Shown here one piece after another: positions 1-9,346 of a stretch of DNA of 64,000 nucleotides. The DNA is from an uncultured Desulfovibrionaceae bacterium (lineage in GTDB: Bacteria > Desulfobacterota > Desulfovibrionia > Desulfovibrionales > Desulfovibrionaceae). The notes under the pieces were generated by a model. That model saw only the letters and a list, made by a program, of their open reading frames with translations, searched no databases and was not told where the DNA came from. Numbering within the stretch: position 1 is the first letter of the stretch; the number at the start of each line of letters is the position of its first letter. The DNA lies in assembly GCA_964372165.1 (NCBI GenBank), contig CAYJPT010000001.1, positions 1,106 to 65,105 of the forward strand, given 5' to 3'. Made by a program: the position numbers and the translations under genes.

Positions 1-284
1 GTAGGTTTTTCTTTCATATCTGGTGTCATTCCACCACCTTGAATCATGAAATCACCAATTACTCTGTGGAAAATTGTTCCATCATAATGACCGCTTTTCA
101 CATAATTAATAAAGTTTGCTACAGTGACAGGAGCCTTTGCGGCATCCAAACGCACAACAAAACTACCTAGAGTAGTATCAAATTGAACTGCTGGGCTTGG
201 TGTAGTTGCAGCAAAACTTTGTGTACTTGCTAAAAAAACAACACAGGCTACAATAGCCATCATAAAACGTTTAGTAAATGACAT
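1..284 (-). CDS. Secreted cyclophilin-type peptidyl-prolyl cis-trans isomerase (3' end runs off the window)
   Basis: Own translation of the minus strand from ATG at 284-282: [25 protein letters not shown] (signal peptide), then [14 protein letters not shown], the cyclophilin core motif. Absent from the ORF track because the window edge truncates it. Confidence 0.8.
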   Translation of the reverse strand, partial: MSFTKRFMMAIVACVVFLASTQSFAATTPSPAVQFDTTLGSFVVRLDAAKAPVTVANFINYVKSGHYDGTIFHRVIGDFMIQGGGMTPDMKEKP

Positions 285-396
285 AAAAAACTCTCTCGTT
301 AAAGGTTATAGATATCCATTTTTAACAAAGGCAATTATATTTCTTTTGTGCATCAGCTATTAACAATAATAGTATGCAATTTTTAACTGGTTTTAA

Positions 397-972
397 TTAT
401 TCTGACCACTCCTCAGGTGCTGGCACACTTGGCAAAGGAAGGTTGGCAGACATTTGCTGAGTATTTACTATGAAATTAAGTCTAAAAGACCATATACTAC
501 CTTCACGCTTGCGCACAAAATGAGAGGTTTTATAACGCAATTCTTTTTTCACCACACTCATAGGACCAAAAAAATTTCGCATAGTGCTAATGTCAGAAGC
601 TTTCCAGCGAAAAGCTCCAACACTCATTAATTGCTCCATAACTCTTAAAAATTGTTGTCCACCTTCATTATTTTGTCCGGTGTCAGTGAAGGTTACCTCA
701 GCTCCCGTAACCACAAGTTTATTCACATATATTGTGAGTAATACACTATGCCCATAGTCAACTACATAGCCTTGCTCACTTTTACGCGCATTGGTAAGAC
801 TTACAAATTTTGTTTCATACTTGCCCCAGAATCTTTGAAAAGATTCCCATAAAAATTGCGGAGGCTGCTGAATAGACTCTTGATTTTGACAAGCCATTAA
901 ACAAATACATATCATGAATGAGGAGAAAAACAATAATCTTTTTTTCACACTATCATCCCTTTGCTGTAGCAT
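397..972 (-). CDS. Hypothetical lipoprotein, last gene of the export block
   Basis: ORF 397..1029 trimmed to the internal ATG at 972 (MLQQRDDSVKKRLLFFSSFMICICLMAC). It has a basic n-region, a hydrophobic core and an LMAC lipobox-like cysteine. No recognisable catalytic motif. Confidence 0.5.
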   Translation of the reverse strand: MLQQRDDSVKKRLLFFSSFMICICLMACQNQESIQQPPQFLWESFQRFWGKYETKFVSLTNARKSEQGYVVDYGHSVLLTIYVNKLVVTGAEVTFTDTGQNNEGGQQFLRVMEQLMSVGAFRWKASDISTMRNFFGPMSVVKKELRYKTSHFVRKREGSIWSFRLNFIVNTQQMSANLPLPSVPAPEEWSE

Positions 973-2368
973 TTTCCCAAGGCGGAGGTGGGCGCCATAC
1001 CCACAATAAAGCAAGCAGTGGAACAACACCTATAATTTCTGCTATCAAACGCCCGACTATAGGCAGTAATATCCACCACAAACTAAAAGCCAAGGCTGGC
1101 ACACAGATAACAATTACCCACTGCAAGATACTTAGTGGTTTAGCCTTATATTGAAAATATGATACCGTGCAAATGGCTACCCAAACCTTGGTTAAAGTTA
1201 TAGCCAGTGCTGCCCCTTCTAAAGGCATCTTTTGTGTTAAATAAGTACACAATAAAATATTTATCCCCAAACCACTGGCATAAAATACTAAAAGCAATTT
1301 GTGTTTACGCATGCTTATCATTGCATACGCTGCAAGATTGTGCAAAAAAGCAGTTGCAATGCAGGGTGCTAAAATCCGCTGTGCGGTAACCGCAACATCA
1401 TAATTTGCACCATAAATAAAGGTCAAAATACGATCACTTTCCACACATATAACATAAATCAAAGGCATACAAGCAGCCCACAAACTACGTGCAGTTTGCC
1501 CTGTTAATTTTTGAAATGCTAGTTTATCTGTATCCCATAATTTAGCCATAACCGGAAAAACAACTTTTGCCAAAAGCGCACTTGATACCAATACAGAAAG
1601 ACCGTCAACAACCTCCCAAGCAACGCTATACGCACCAACTGCGGCATCTCCACCATATTTTTTTAGAAAAAATACATTTAACTTATTATAAAGAATAGCG
1701 CATGCGGCAATGCATGTAAAAACAATCCCTTGCTTCCATTTATTTGCTATTTGCCTCAAGTCAACAAGGCGTATTCCTATAAGTGGATTACGCCCCAGTG
1801 CCTTTAGAGAAATAGAAACAAGAAGTAATGATTCAAGTGGTTTATATAGAGCAATATAGATGGGAGGTGCATCAAAAAGCACTAAGGCTATACCAACACC
1901 GATACCAATAAGACTTGCAGGAACACGAATACGCATCTCTACATCTTGGCGCCCTCGTGCTTGGCACAAAGCAAAAAACGAATCGCTAAGAGCATCAATA
2001 CCAAGCCCTGCAGCAATCGACATAACTATAATGCGTAATTCTAAACTATAGCCTTGCCAAACAGTAAAAAACCACGTGCCTACTAAAGCTAAGCAAAGCA
2101 GCACAATTTTTAGCCATGTAATGGCTCCCAGCAATTGAAGCGGACGGTTTTCACGCCTAGCAAATGTTGAGATTAAAAAGTCATTAAGCCCAACATCAGC
2201 AATAAGGCGTACAATATACCCAAATGATAGAGCAAGCATAATCTGGCCAAGGACATCAGAGCTATGACGCGCTAGAATAATAGTGAACAATGTCCACGTA
2301 ACATCACGAGTCCACTGCGCACCTAGCACATATCCAAGCCGCTGTGGAATGCTTCTTAACTTGGCCAT
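953..2368 (-). CDS. MOP-superfamily flippase (Wzx / polysaccharide-biosynthesis-protein type)
   Basis: 471 aa, polytopic and hydrophobic throughout. Overall resemblance to oligosaccharide/lipid flippase family proteins. Overlaps or abuts its neighbours on the same strand. Confidence 0.7.
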   Translation of the reverse strand: MAKLRSIPQRLGYVLGAQWTRDVTWTLFTIILARHSSDVLGQIMLALSFGYIVRLIADVGLNDFLISTFARRENRPLQLLGAITWLKIVLLCLALVGTWFFTVWQGYSLELRIIVMSIAAGLGIDALSDSFFALCQARGRQDVEMRIRVPASLIGIGVGIALVLFDAPPIYIALYKPLESLLLVSISLKALGRNPLIGIRLVDLRQIANKWKQGIVFTCIAACAILYNKLNVFFLKKYGGDAAVGAYSVAWEVVDGLSVLVSSALLAKVVFPVMAKLWDTDKLAFQKLTGQTARSLWAACMPLIYVICVESDRILTFIYGANYDVAVTAQRILAPCIATAFLHNLAAYAMISMRKHKLLLVFYASGLGINILLCTYLTQKMPLEGAALAITLTKVWVAICTVSYFQYKAKPLSILQWVIVICVPALAFSLWWILLPIVGRLIAEIIGVVPLLALLWVWRPPPPWENATAKG

Positions 2369-2383
2369 GTAACCTGTATCAAT

Positions 2384-3436
2384 TTAAGATGCGTTTGGTT
2401 GTGCGCTTGGCTGTACAATCGGCTGCGCGTTCGATTCTCCCTGAGGATTTTGATTATCATCACTTGGAGCTTGCGCAGGCTCAGCCTTCGCATCATCTTT
2501 ATTTTCTTGTTTATTAGCATTTTTTACATTACGAGACATTGCCACTAAAACCTTAAAACCAGGCCTTAATTCAAAATCTGGATTAGGAATAGTAAATTCT
2601 ATTGTAAAATATGATGGTGCACCAATTTCTATGTTATTACTAGTCCAAGAAATATTGCTAACAGTAGCATCAATAACCTTATCATTTAAAGAAGGAATAG
2701 TAGCTTGGCCTATGTCACCAACCTTTATATCTTCCATATCGCCTTCATATACAAGGACATTAATTAGCATTGGATTCAAAGTTCCGATGGTAATGGGCTT
2801 TGCACCCTCTGCTAATTCTTTATTGGGAAACAATCCTGACGCTAGAGAAAGCACTCTACCATCCATAGGGGCTTTAAGTACTAAACTTTTAGGAAGGTCC
2901 ATACCTTCTTTAATGGTTACTCCAAAGTATTCACTCAATTCTTCAAGTCTTTGCTTAAAGTTTTTTTCTCTTTTTGCTACCGCACGTTTAAGTAATTTAA
3001 TACGTTGCCTTATGGAGTCAACATCTCCAGCTAAACGATCGGAAAGTTGATCTGGTCCAAGCCCACTTGATGACAATTTACGCGCCGTATTCCTATTATT
3101 AGTAAGTTCTACTAATTGCCTTTCCGTGGACAAAATATTAGCTCGGTCTTCTTCAGTATTAGCTCCAGTGGTTACTTCTTGTTGCAAGTTTCGTCTGGCA
3201 TCATCTGTAAGTGTGTATTTCATCAAAACTTGATCTTTCATAACACTTTGGCCAGGCTTAACTAAAACTTCTTCAACCACGGCTTCAAAAGGTAATGCAG
3301 TAGCACGTGTTACTTGGCTAACAACTTTGCCACTAAGTGAGGTAGTTACTGTGGCAGCATCTGCACTTTGCAGGCTTGTAAAAAATGAACAAAAAACACA
3401 TATCAGTGCTATGTTTTTTATTTTGTTAATAATCAT
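2384..3436 (-). CDS. HlyD-family membrane fusion (periplasmic adaptor) protein
   Basis: N-terminal signal/anchor (IALICVFCSFFTSLQSADA), a lipoyl-like hairpin (VEEVLVKPGQSVMKDQVLMKY), a long coiled-coil middle and a beta-barrel-like C-terminal part. Low-complexity Q/N/P/A tail. Confidence 0.75.
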   Translation of the reverse strand: MIINKIKNIALICVFCSFFTSLQSADAATVTTSLSGKVVSQVTRATALPFEAVVEEVLVKPGQSVMKDQVLMKYTLTDDARRNLQQEVTTGANTEEDRANILSTERQLVELTNNRNTARKLSSSGLGPDQLSDRLAGDVDSIRQRIKLLKRAVAKREKNFKQRLEELSEYFGVTIKEGMDLPKSLVLKAPMDGRVLSLASGLFPNKELAEGAKPITIGTLNPMLINVLVYEGDMEDIKVGDIGQATIPSLNDKVIDATVSNISWTSNNIEIGAPSYFTIEFTIPNPDFELRPGFKVLVAMSRNVKNANKQENKDDAKAEPAQAPSDDNQNPQGESNAQPIVQPSAQPNAS

Positions 3437-3437
3437 G

Positions 3438-4916
3438 CTAAAACTCCTCTGATGCTGGCAAACCTAAGAAACGTTCACTTAGCAGGCCAGCAACATCCAT
3501 CCACTTAATTCTTGCCATATCATAATCTAGCTCTACCATAATTAAACTAATACGTGCAGCAATAAGGTCTGCTTGTGCACTAGCTAACTCAGGGTACACT
3601 ACAACGCCGTCATTAAAGCTAATTTCTTTTTCTTTTAACAGCATTTCTGAAACTTTTAAGTTATTTTGGGCTATTTTAAGGCTATTTTCAGCCAATTTTA
3701 CCATCTGTTGCCCCTCTATCCATTCATGCGAAAACTCTGTACGAGCCTGAGCTTGCTCTTGAAATGCCTGAGCTTTTTCCATGCGTGCGGTCTGTACACC
3801 GCGATAACGCCTACCCCAATCTATAAGAGGAAATTGCAAATTCAAGTGTACAAATGTATCTTCTTGTCCATCAACAGGCTGATACTGTCCAGCAGGTGGA
3901 TTATTATCAACACGGATAGCTATATCTGGAATGTACTCTGCCCACGCTAACATTATGCCAAGATCCATCAAAGCAATTTGTCCGCGCAGTAAAAGTGCGT
4001 CTTCACTGCGATTCCAGTGTTCTTCCCAATGTAATTGTTCTCCGTCAAAACCTTGAAGAATATTTTTTGCATCGGTAGTATCAACATTAAATTTATGCTC
4101 TAACTCCACACCAACTATACTCTTCAACTTAGTGCGCAGCATTAAATCTTCAATCTTATTACGCTCAAGTTCGAGTTGTCTTTCACGCTCTTGTTGTATT
4201 GCTATGTTAAGAGATGCACCTTGTTTGCCCTCCACAGCTTCTAATTGCTGCCAATATTCGATTAATTTTTTGGCTATAGGCAAAAGTTGCTCTTGTAATG
4301 CAATAGTTTTTCTTTTTGCCTCAAGCTGCTGATACATACCAGCAATATTTAAAATAGCTTCAGCAATCGCTTTGCGATGTGTGGACAAAGCAATATCAAT
4401 CATCATAGCTTTTGATTTGTGATTAAAATATGTTGAGACAGGATTTGGGAAACTCATATTAAAAGCTACCCGCATCTTTGTTTTAGCATAGTCTGCCGGC
4501 AAGTCTTCAAGTCCAGTATTTAGAGCTGTAATATTATTTGAAATGTCTAAAGATATAGTTGGCTCTGGTAAATATTGCCAAACTGCATCAACAAGCTTGA
4601 GCTTACTCATCTCAATAGATACGGCTGAGTTAGCTAGTAATGGAGATTGCTGTATTGCCAAATACACGCTATCATCAAAGGAAAATGCTTTGTCAGAATT
4701 ATATAGGTTTGGCATTGAAGCTTCTAGCTTTGCTTTATGCTCAACAGGCACTCCTGGAGCAGACTCAAGCCAGTGTCGTGCTGGCAATTCAGGCGCACTC
4801 ATACCAGCTTTTTGTGATGCGCAACCTCCAAGGAAAGCTATCATCATAAATAAACATATGATATTTTTTGAAAGATATAACCTCTGCCCCACAAACCAAC
4901 CACTAAATTTAAACAT
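3438..4916 (-). CDS. TolC-family outer membrane efflux protein
   Basis: 492 aa with a lipoprotein-like signal (FLGGCAS) and two long helical repeats typical of outer membrane factors. The stop is 1-2 nt from the adaptor gene start. Confidence 0.75.
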   Translation of the reverse strand: MFKFSGWFVGQRLYLSKNIICLFMMIAFLGGCASQKAGMSAPELPARHWLESAPGVPVEHKAKLEASMPNLYNSDKAFSFDDSVYLAIQQSPLLANSAVSIEMSKLKLVDAVWQYLPEPTISLDISNNITALNTGLEDLPADYAKTKMRVAFNMSFPNPVSTYFNHKSKAMMIDIALSTHRKAIAEAILNIAGMYQQLEAKRKTIALQEQLLPIAKKLIEYWQQLEAVEGKQGASLNIAIQQERERQLELERNKIEDLMLRTKLKSIVGVELEHKFNVDTTDAKNILQGFDGEQLHWEEHWNRSEDALLLRGQIALMDLGIMLAWAEYIPDIAIRVDNNPPAGQYQPVDGQEDTFVHLNLQFPLIDWGRRYRGVQTARMEKAQAFQEQAQARTEFSHEWIEGQQMVKLAENSLKIAQNNLKVSEMLLKEKEISFNDGVVVYPELASAQADLIAARISLIMVELDYDMARIKWMDVAGLLSERFLGLPASEEF

Positions 4917-4925
4917 TTTTTTACC

Positions 4926-7900
4926 TCATGACACAACAGAAAGCATACGTAAACCTTGCAATACGAGCAAAACCTTACCATTTACCTCAACTATTTGCGC
5001 ATTAATTAATTTTTCCAAGCCTGAACCTTGTAATTGCCAATCTATATGAGCAATGTCATAATTTTGCATAGCAGACACGTGGCTAAAATGTAAGATATCA
5101 ACTATTTGGTAATTTTCGTATGTTGGCAAAGCCAACTTTTGTATCAACCCAATGCTTGCGATTTGCAAGTTATAGTACAAATCATGCTGTTCTGCAATGT
5201 TTTTTATTGAAAATATATGCTCATGAATATTTTTTTTATCTAATAATTCCTGCCTATTATCTCCCCATAAAGGAATTATACTTTCCTCTTCATTACTTAG
5301 GTAAATTTTTCCTTTAGCGTAGCATTGTTTCTCTTGTAAACGCCGTCCATTTTCAGAAATTGCATAAATCTCAAGCGATGATTGGCATGGCAAAACCAAA
5401 CCTTGGCCTGCATTTGTCCATTGCTCAGCTTCTATTATCGCTTCACCCTCGCGCGTGATACCATCTGGACATTTAAATGCACTTTCAAAATGTAAATCAC
5501 TAGCTCCACTACATTGCAACCAAGTAAAACCCATACGTGCTGCACTATATAATGTATCTAACATAAAAAGAGGTGACACTTCGGGGGCAGATGTTTTTTG
5601 ACTAGCCAAAAAACCATCTGCATAAACAGAAAAATTACGACGTGCAATAAAATTTGTCTGGCTATCTAACTTCATTTGCTTAGGGTATAAATGTGGAAAG
5701 TTATGCATATCTTCAGCAAGACCAGCTTTTGCCACTGCTGTGGGGCTTGCATCTGGCATAAGGGTTGGCACTTGCGGAAATGATTTATGCCAAATAACAT
5801 TGTTCTCAGTACCACATAAAAGCTCACGAGCAAAAAGCATTGGCAATACATCATAATCAAGTAAACCTACGCCCAGCGCAGTAAATACACTTTGTAAACC
5901 CTCATTAGATAGCATACCCACATTACCATTTACAGGTGCTAACCATAGGCAACGCCAAAACAAATCATGCTTTGTACAAAACTGCTCCAATAAGGCAGCC
6001 ATAGCTCGATTAGCTGCAGCATAATTAGCTTGTCCTATATTACCACACCAGGCAGCAAGCGATGATATACCCACAGCATAGCGCAAACCATACTTAACCG
6101 ATTCTTGCAAAAGGTTTTCTAAGCCATCATATTTAACGGCCATTACCTGCGATATTTGCCTTGTGCTCAATTCACTCAACGGTACATCTTCATTTATACC
6201 AGCTCCATGTATTAAGCCATGTATTTCACCCCAAGTTTCAAAAATGCTTGCCAGCGTTGTTTGTACTTGTTTTTTATCACTCACATCACAGGCGTAATAA
6301 ACACATTTTGCCCCAAAACCTGCCAGTTTTTCTATAACTTGTTGAGAAGGCGCAGCACTACGCCCTAATAGCAACAAGGTGCATTCAAGCATGGCTAAGC
6401 CCTCTAAAGCCTTTGGAGTAATGCCACGCCCTCCACCTGAAACTATAATTACTTGCCCTTTGCTAATGGGTAAGCCAAATCTACCAGCAGCCCAAGGTTT
6501 TTGCTTTAAGCGAAGCGATCCCATGTAGCTTGAGTTTAAACATGAGTACAAAGGAAATTCACTATGCGTGCATAATATTTTTTGCATAAAGCCTTGCATT
6601 GCGCCATTACTTAAACCTTGCTTAGTGTGTATGGCTCTAAAATGACGCTGTGGATATTCCTGCGCTGCCGTCAAGAGTAATGCATTTAAGCTTGCAAAAA
6701 GATTTGAACCAAGTAGCGATGTTGTCAATTCTTCATGTACTATACACATTTGCCCTTTTTCACTACGCAAAAATGCCTGTACAAGACTCATGTATTCTAT
6801 AATAGGTGAAGAATCTTTATAGGATAAAATTTCATCTAGATATGGCAAAGCTATGACAATCAGACCTGGTTTCAAGTCTTGCTCAAGCGTTGCTTGTGCG
6901 TGAAGTATATCCTCAACCCTTAATACTTGCTCACTGCCAAAGGTTTGCGTCAAAAATTCATACCATTGTTGAGCATAGTCATTTTTCCCAACTATCACAG
7001 CCGGTAAAAATTCTTTTTTATCACTAAGCAATTGTGCATTCCACTCCTCACCTGGCATTACAAAAGGGCATTTTTCAATAACACTACGTACAATGGGATG
7101 AGTGGTAATAGGCTTTTCTATGGTAGGTTGTTCATCACTTGTTGAATCTATATTTAATGAACGCGCATTAGCCACAACCTTTGCTAAATCTGCAATAGTG
7201 GCAACATCTATAAAATCCTCAAAGTTGACCTTAACATTAAATGTCTTTTCAATTTCATTAATAACTACAGGAAAACGACTTGAACGCATAGCAAGGTCAT
7301 AACGCAAATCCATGTGTGCAGACAATTGGTGCGACTCAAAACCTGTTACTCGTACCAAAAGCGGTATAATGTCTTCTACATAATTGGCAGTGTTTTCAGT
7401 TTTTGTTTCAAGACATTTTGCGTCGCTTTGATCTTTTGCAATTTTTTTTCGCTTTGGTACAAAATTATCCGGAACAACATAAGTACTTGGGCCTTTAATA
7501 TGCCCAAGAGAATAAAGCTCAGCCACAGCCCTGCGCATGGCTTCAACTTCTTTACCTTTACGTCCAACGGAAATACGATGCGCTGTAGGTTGTATTTCTG
7601 AAATAAGCCGACTTAAAGTTGCAGTTGGACCAAGCTCCACAAAATGGCGAACAGAATAATCATTATATACTCTATTAACACAATCCACCCAGCGTACCGG
7701 GCTTTCATCAAGGTCAGCTATATATTCGCATATACTTTCTTTATCGTTTGGATATAAATCTGCAGTAACATTGCTTAACACTGGTGTATGTCCAGCTTGA
7801 ATAGTAAATTCCATCAAACTATCAATGGATATTTTGCGAATAGTACGCAAACCAGGATGATGGAAAGCCATACTAATATTAAGCAGGCCTACCATAATTT

Positions 7901-8762
7901 TTTGCTCTTTTAATTTAGCGCAGGCTTTTTCTAAATCGCTTCGTGTTCCACTTAAAATGTACTGCGTAGGGCTATTATAACTTGAAACATAAAAATTTGG
8001 AAAATCCTCTAAAACCTGCTTGATTACATCATAAGGAGCATGAACAGCCATCATACCACTATCGTGATTACCCTCTTGCTCCATATCATCTATAATTTTT
8101 GAATGCTTATTGATGATACCCCACGCATCTTCAGGCGAATATACTCCCGCTAGGCATAAGGCAATAAGCTCTCCTAAACTATGCCCAACAACAATATCCG
8201 CTTTATATCCTAGTGTCTCAAGGTAGTATGCTTGGGCATATGAAACGAAAAAAATATACGGAGCTTGCCAGCGTGTGCGCATAAGCTTTTTTTTATCGGT
8301 TTCATCAAGTAAGGCTAAAATATCCCAATCTGAAACAGCAGCAATGCGCTCCATGGCTGCTCTAACAGCAGGAATATTATCATAAAGTTCACGCCCCATA
8401 TGAGCAAAAACGCTGCCTTGCCCTCCGGTAATAGTAGCAATTCTAGGCTTATCTTGCTTTTTTTCCAGCCATATACCCTGCTTGCGCAAATCCTTTAAAG
8501 TAGCATTATCTGGATTTTTTCCAATGTTAGTTATATAATTACGCCATGATGGTGTTATAGAGCCAATTCGCCATAATTCACCTGCATGACTAAGGCTAAT
8601 TAAGCGAACACCATTTTCTACGTGTTGACTTTCTATGAAGTTTTCTTGTTCCTGTCCTGCACCCATAGATACGGCATTAGTACTTTCCAATTCAATGCTC
8701 CCACATAAAAGCCAATAATATGGCTTTTCAATATAAACTATATTAATTAACACATAAAACAA
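4926..8762 (-). CDS. KS-less PKS-like multidomain protein: acyltransferase - ACP-like - ketoreductase, plus unassigned N- and C-terminal regions
   Basis: AT motifs GGQGSV, GHSLGE (nt 8172-8186) and MAFHHP. ACP-like four-helix region around nt 7271-7315. SDR/KR motifs GGGRGIT (about nt 6421-6450) and YAAAN (about nt 6004-6032). No CHH ketosynthase motifs anywhere. The track start is a non-ATG codon; the true start may be the ATG at 8666. Confidence 0.85.
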   Translation of the reverse strand: MFYVLINIVYIEKPYYWLLCGSIELESTNAVSMGAGQEQENFIESQHVENGVRLISLSHAGELWRIGSITPSWRNYITNIGKNPDNATLKDLRKQGIWLEKKQDKPRIATITGGQGSVFAHMGRELYDNIPAVRAAMERIAAVSDWDILALLDETDKKKLMRTRWQAPYIFFVSYAQAYYLETLGYKADIVVGHSLGELIALCLAGVYSPEDAWGIINKHSKIIDDMEQEGNHDSGMMAVHAPYDVIKQVLEDFPNFYVSSYNSPTQYILSGTRSDLEKACAKLKEQKIMVGLLNISMAFHHPGLRTIRKISIDSLMEFTIQAGHTPVLSNVTADLYPNDKESICEYIADLDESPVRWVDCVNRVYNDYSVRHFVELGPTATLSRLISEIQPTAHRISVGRKGKEVEAMRRAVAELYSLGHIKGPSTYVVPDNFVPKRKKIAKDQSDAKCLETKTENTANYVEDIIPLLVRVTGFESHQLSAHMDLRYDLAMRSSRFPVVINEIEKTFNVKVNFEDFIDVATIADLAKVVANARSLNIDSTSDEQPTIEKPITTHPIVRSVIEKCPFVMPGEEWNAQLLSDKKEFLPAVIVGKNDYAQQWYEFLTQTFGSEQVLRVEDILHAQATLEQDLKPGLIVIALPYLDEILSYKDSSPIIEYMSLVQAFLRSEKGQMCIVHEELTTSLLGSNLFASLNALLLTAAQEYPQRHFRAIHTKQGLSNGAMQGFMQKILCTHSEFPLYSCLNSSYMGSLRLKQKPWAAGRFGLPISKGQVIIVSGGGRGITPKALEGLAMLECTLLLLGRSAAPSQQVIEKLAGFGAKCVYYACDVSDKKQVQTTLASIFETWGEIHGLIHGAGINEDVPLSELSTRQISQVMAVKYDGLENLLQESVKYGLRYAVGISSLAAWCGNIGQANYAAANRAMAALLEQFCTKHDLFWRCLWLAPVNGNVGMLSNEGLQSVFTALGVGLLDYDVLPMLFARELLCGTENNVIWHKSFPQVPTLMPDASPTAVAKAGLAEDMHNFPHLYPKQMKLDSQTNFIARRNFSVYADGFLASQKTSAPEVSPLFMLDTLYSAARMGFTWLQCSGASDLHFESAFKCPDGITREGEAIIEAEQWTNAGQGLVLPCQSSLEIYAISENGRRLQEKQCYAKGKIYLSNEEESIIPLWGDNRQELLDKKNIHEHIFSIKNIAEQHDLYYNLQIASIGLIQKLALPTYENYQIVDILHFSHVSAMQNYDIAHIDWQLQGSGLEKLINAQIVEVNGKVLLVLQGLRMLSVVS

Positions 8763-8766
8763 GATT

Positions 8767-8950
8767 CAGCACAATTAATTGGCACAGACTGATGACAAAC
8801 CCCCTTTCAGGCGTTTGTGCCGCCTAAGGCAGACAAGCTGCCTTGGCAGTAAGGCACGAAAATCATTCGTTTAACGGCGCAAATGAATTGCGCCTACTCT
8901 TGATTTATCGGCTCGTGCTGACTTTGTCAGCACTCTGAGCACAATTAATT
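8767..8950. repeat. Structured ~156-nt module flanked by an exact 14-bp direct repeat (AGCACAATTAATTG) and splitting a palindrome
   Basis: Direct repeats at 8767-8780 and 8937-8950. The second lies in the perfect 16-bp palindrome GCACAATTAATTGTGC (8938-8953). The interior carries at least four hairpins, for example AAGGCAG-ACAAG-CTGCCTT at 8825-8843. Its core is homologous to 16709-16794. Confidence 0.6.
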
Positions 8951-9346
8951 GTGCAGTAGTCTTAAAATATTCAATAAAAGACCACAAAGACAGAAAAAAT
9001 ATTTTTCACAACATAACAATTCAAACTATACTCAAAAAAATACATATCATATCAAATTCTTATGTGGAATAAAATTACAACTCCAAATTAATTCGCAAAA
9101 TGAGCACAGTATAGCATTATTACTTCCTACATTAGAAGTAACATGCTCATCAAAGCTGCAAGGTCTTTGATTTATAAATTATAGGACATTTTATCACACT
9201 TGTCTATCAAGGCATAGGTTTGCCCAAAACCAAGTTAATATATATTCTTGCCAAAAAGAAAAGTTTGTTGTAAGCATCTTCATTCACGTGCTACATGATA
9301 ACATTGTCAATACAAGCACCATATAAAACTTTGGGAGATAGATGGC

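Noticed and set aside
2631-3050. Long antisense or alternative-frame ORFs inside confident genes (also 918-1154, 4543-5049, 9874-10317, 17123-17726, 21832-22425, 45267-45659, 45807-46310, 49044-49361, 63263-63955 and similar)
   Set aside because: They lie entirely within, and opposite or out of frame to, genes with clear family motifs. They show odd amino-acid composition and have no SD. They are shadow ORFs.
8778-8795. TGGCAC (sigma-54 -24-like) at the left end of the element
   Set aside because: The sequence 5 nt downstream is GATG rather than TTGC, so there is no -12 element.
8896-8915. Sigma-28 -10-like GCCGATAA on the minus strand inside the repeat element upstream of the megasynthase
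   Set aside because: No TAAA -35 element lies at the required ~15-nt spacing. The motif is part of a conserved helix of the repeat (TGATTTATCGG), so it is probably coincidental.
8767-8950. Riboswitch or 5' leader, or retron msr/msd, as the interpretation of the structured element upstream of the megasynthase
   Set aside because: A homologous copy (16709-16794) lies between two convergent gene ends, so it is not a gene-specific leader. No reverse transcriptase is present anywhere in the window. I recognise no known riboswitch core.
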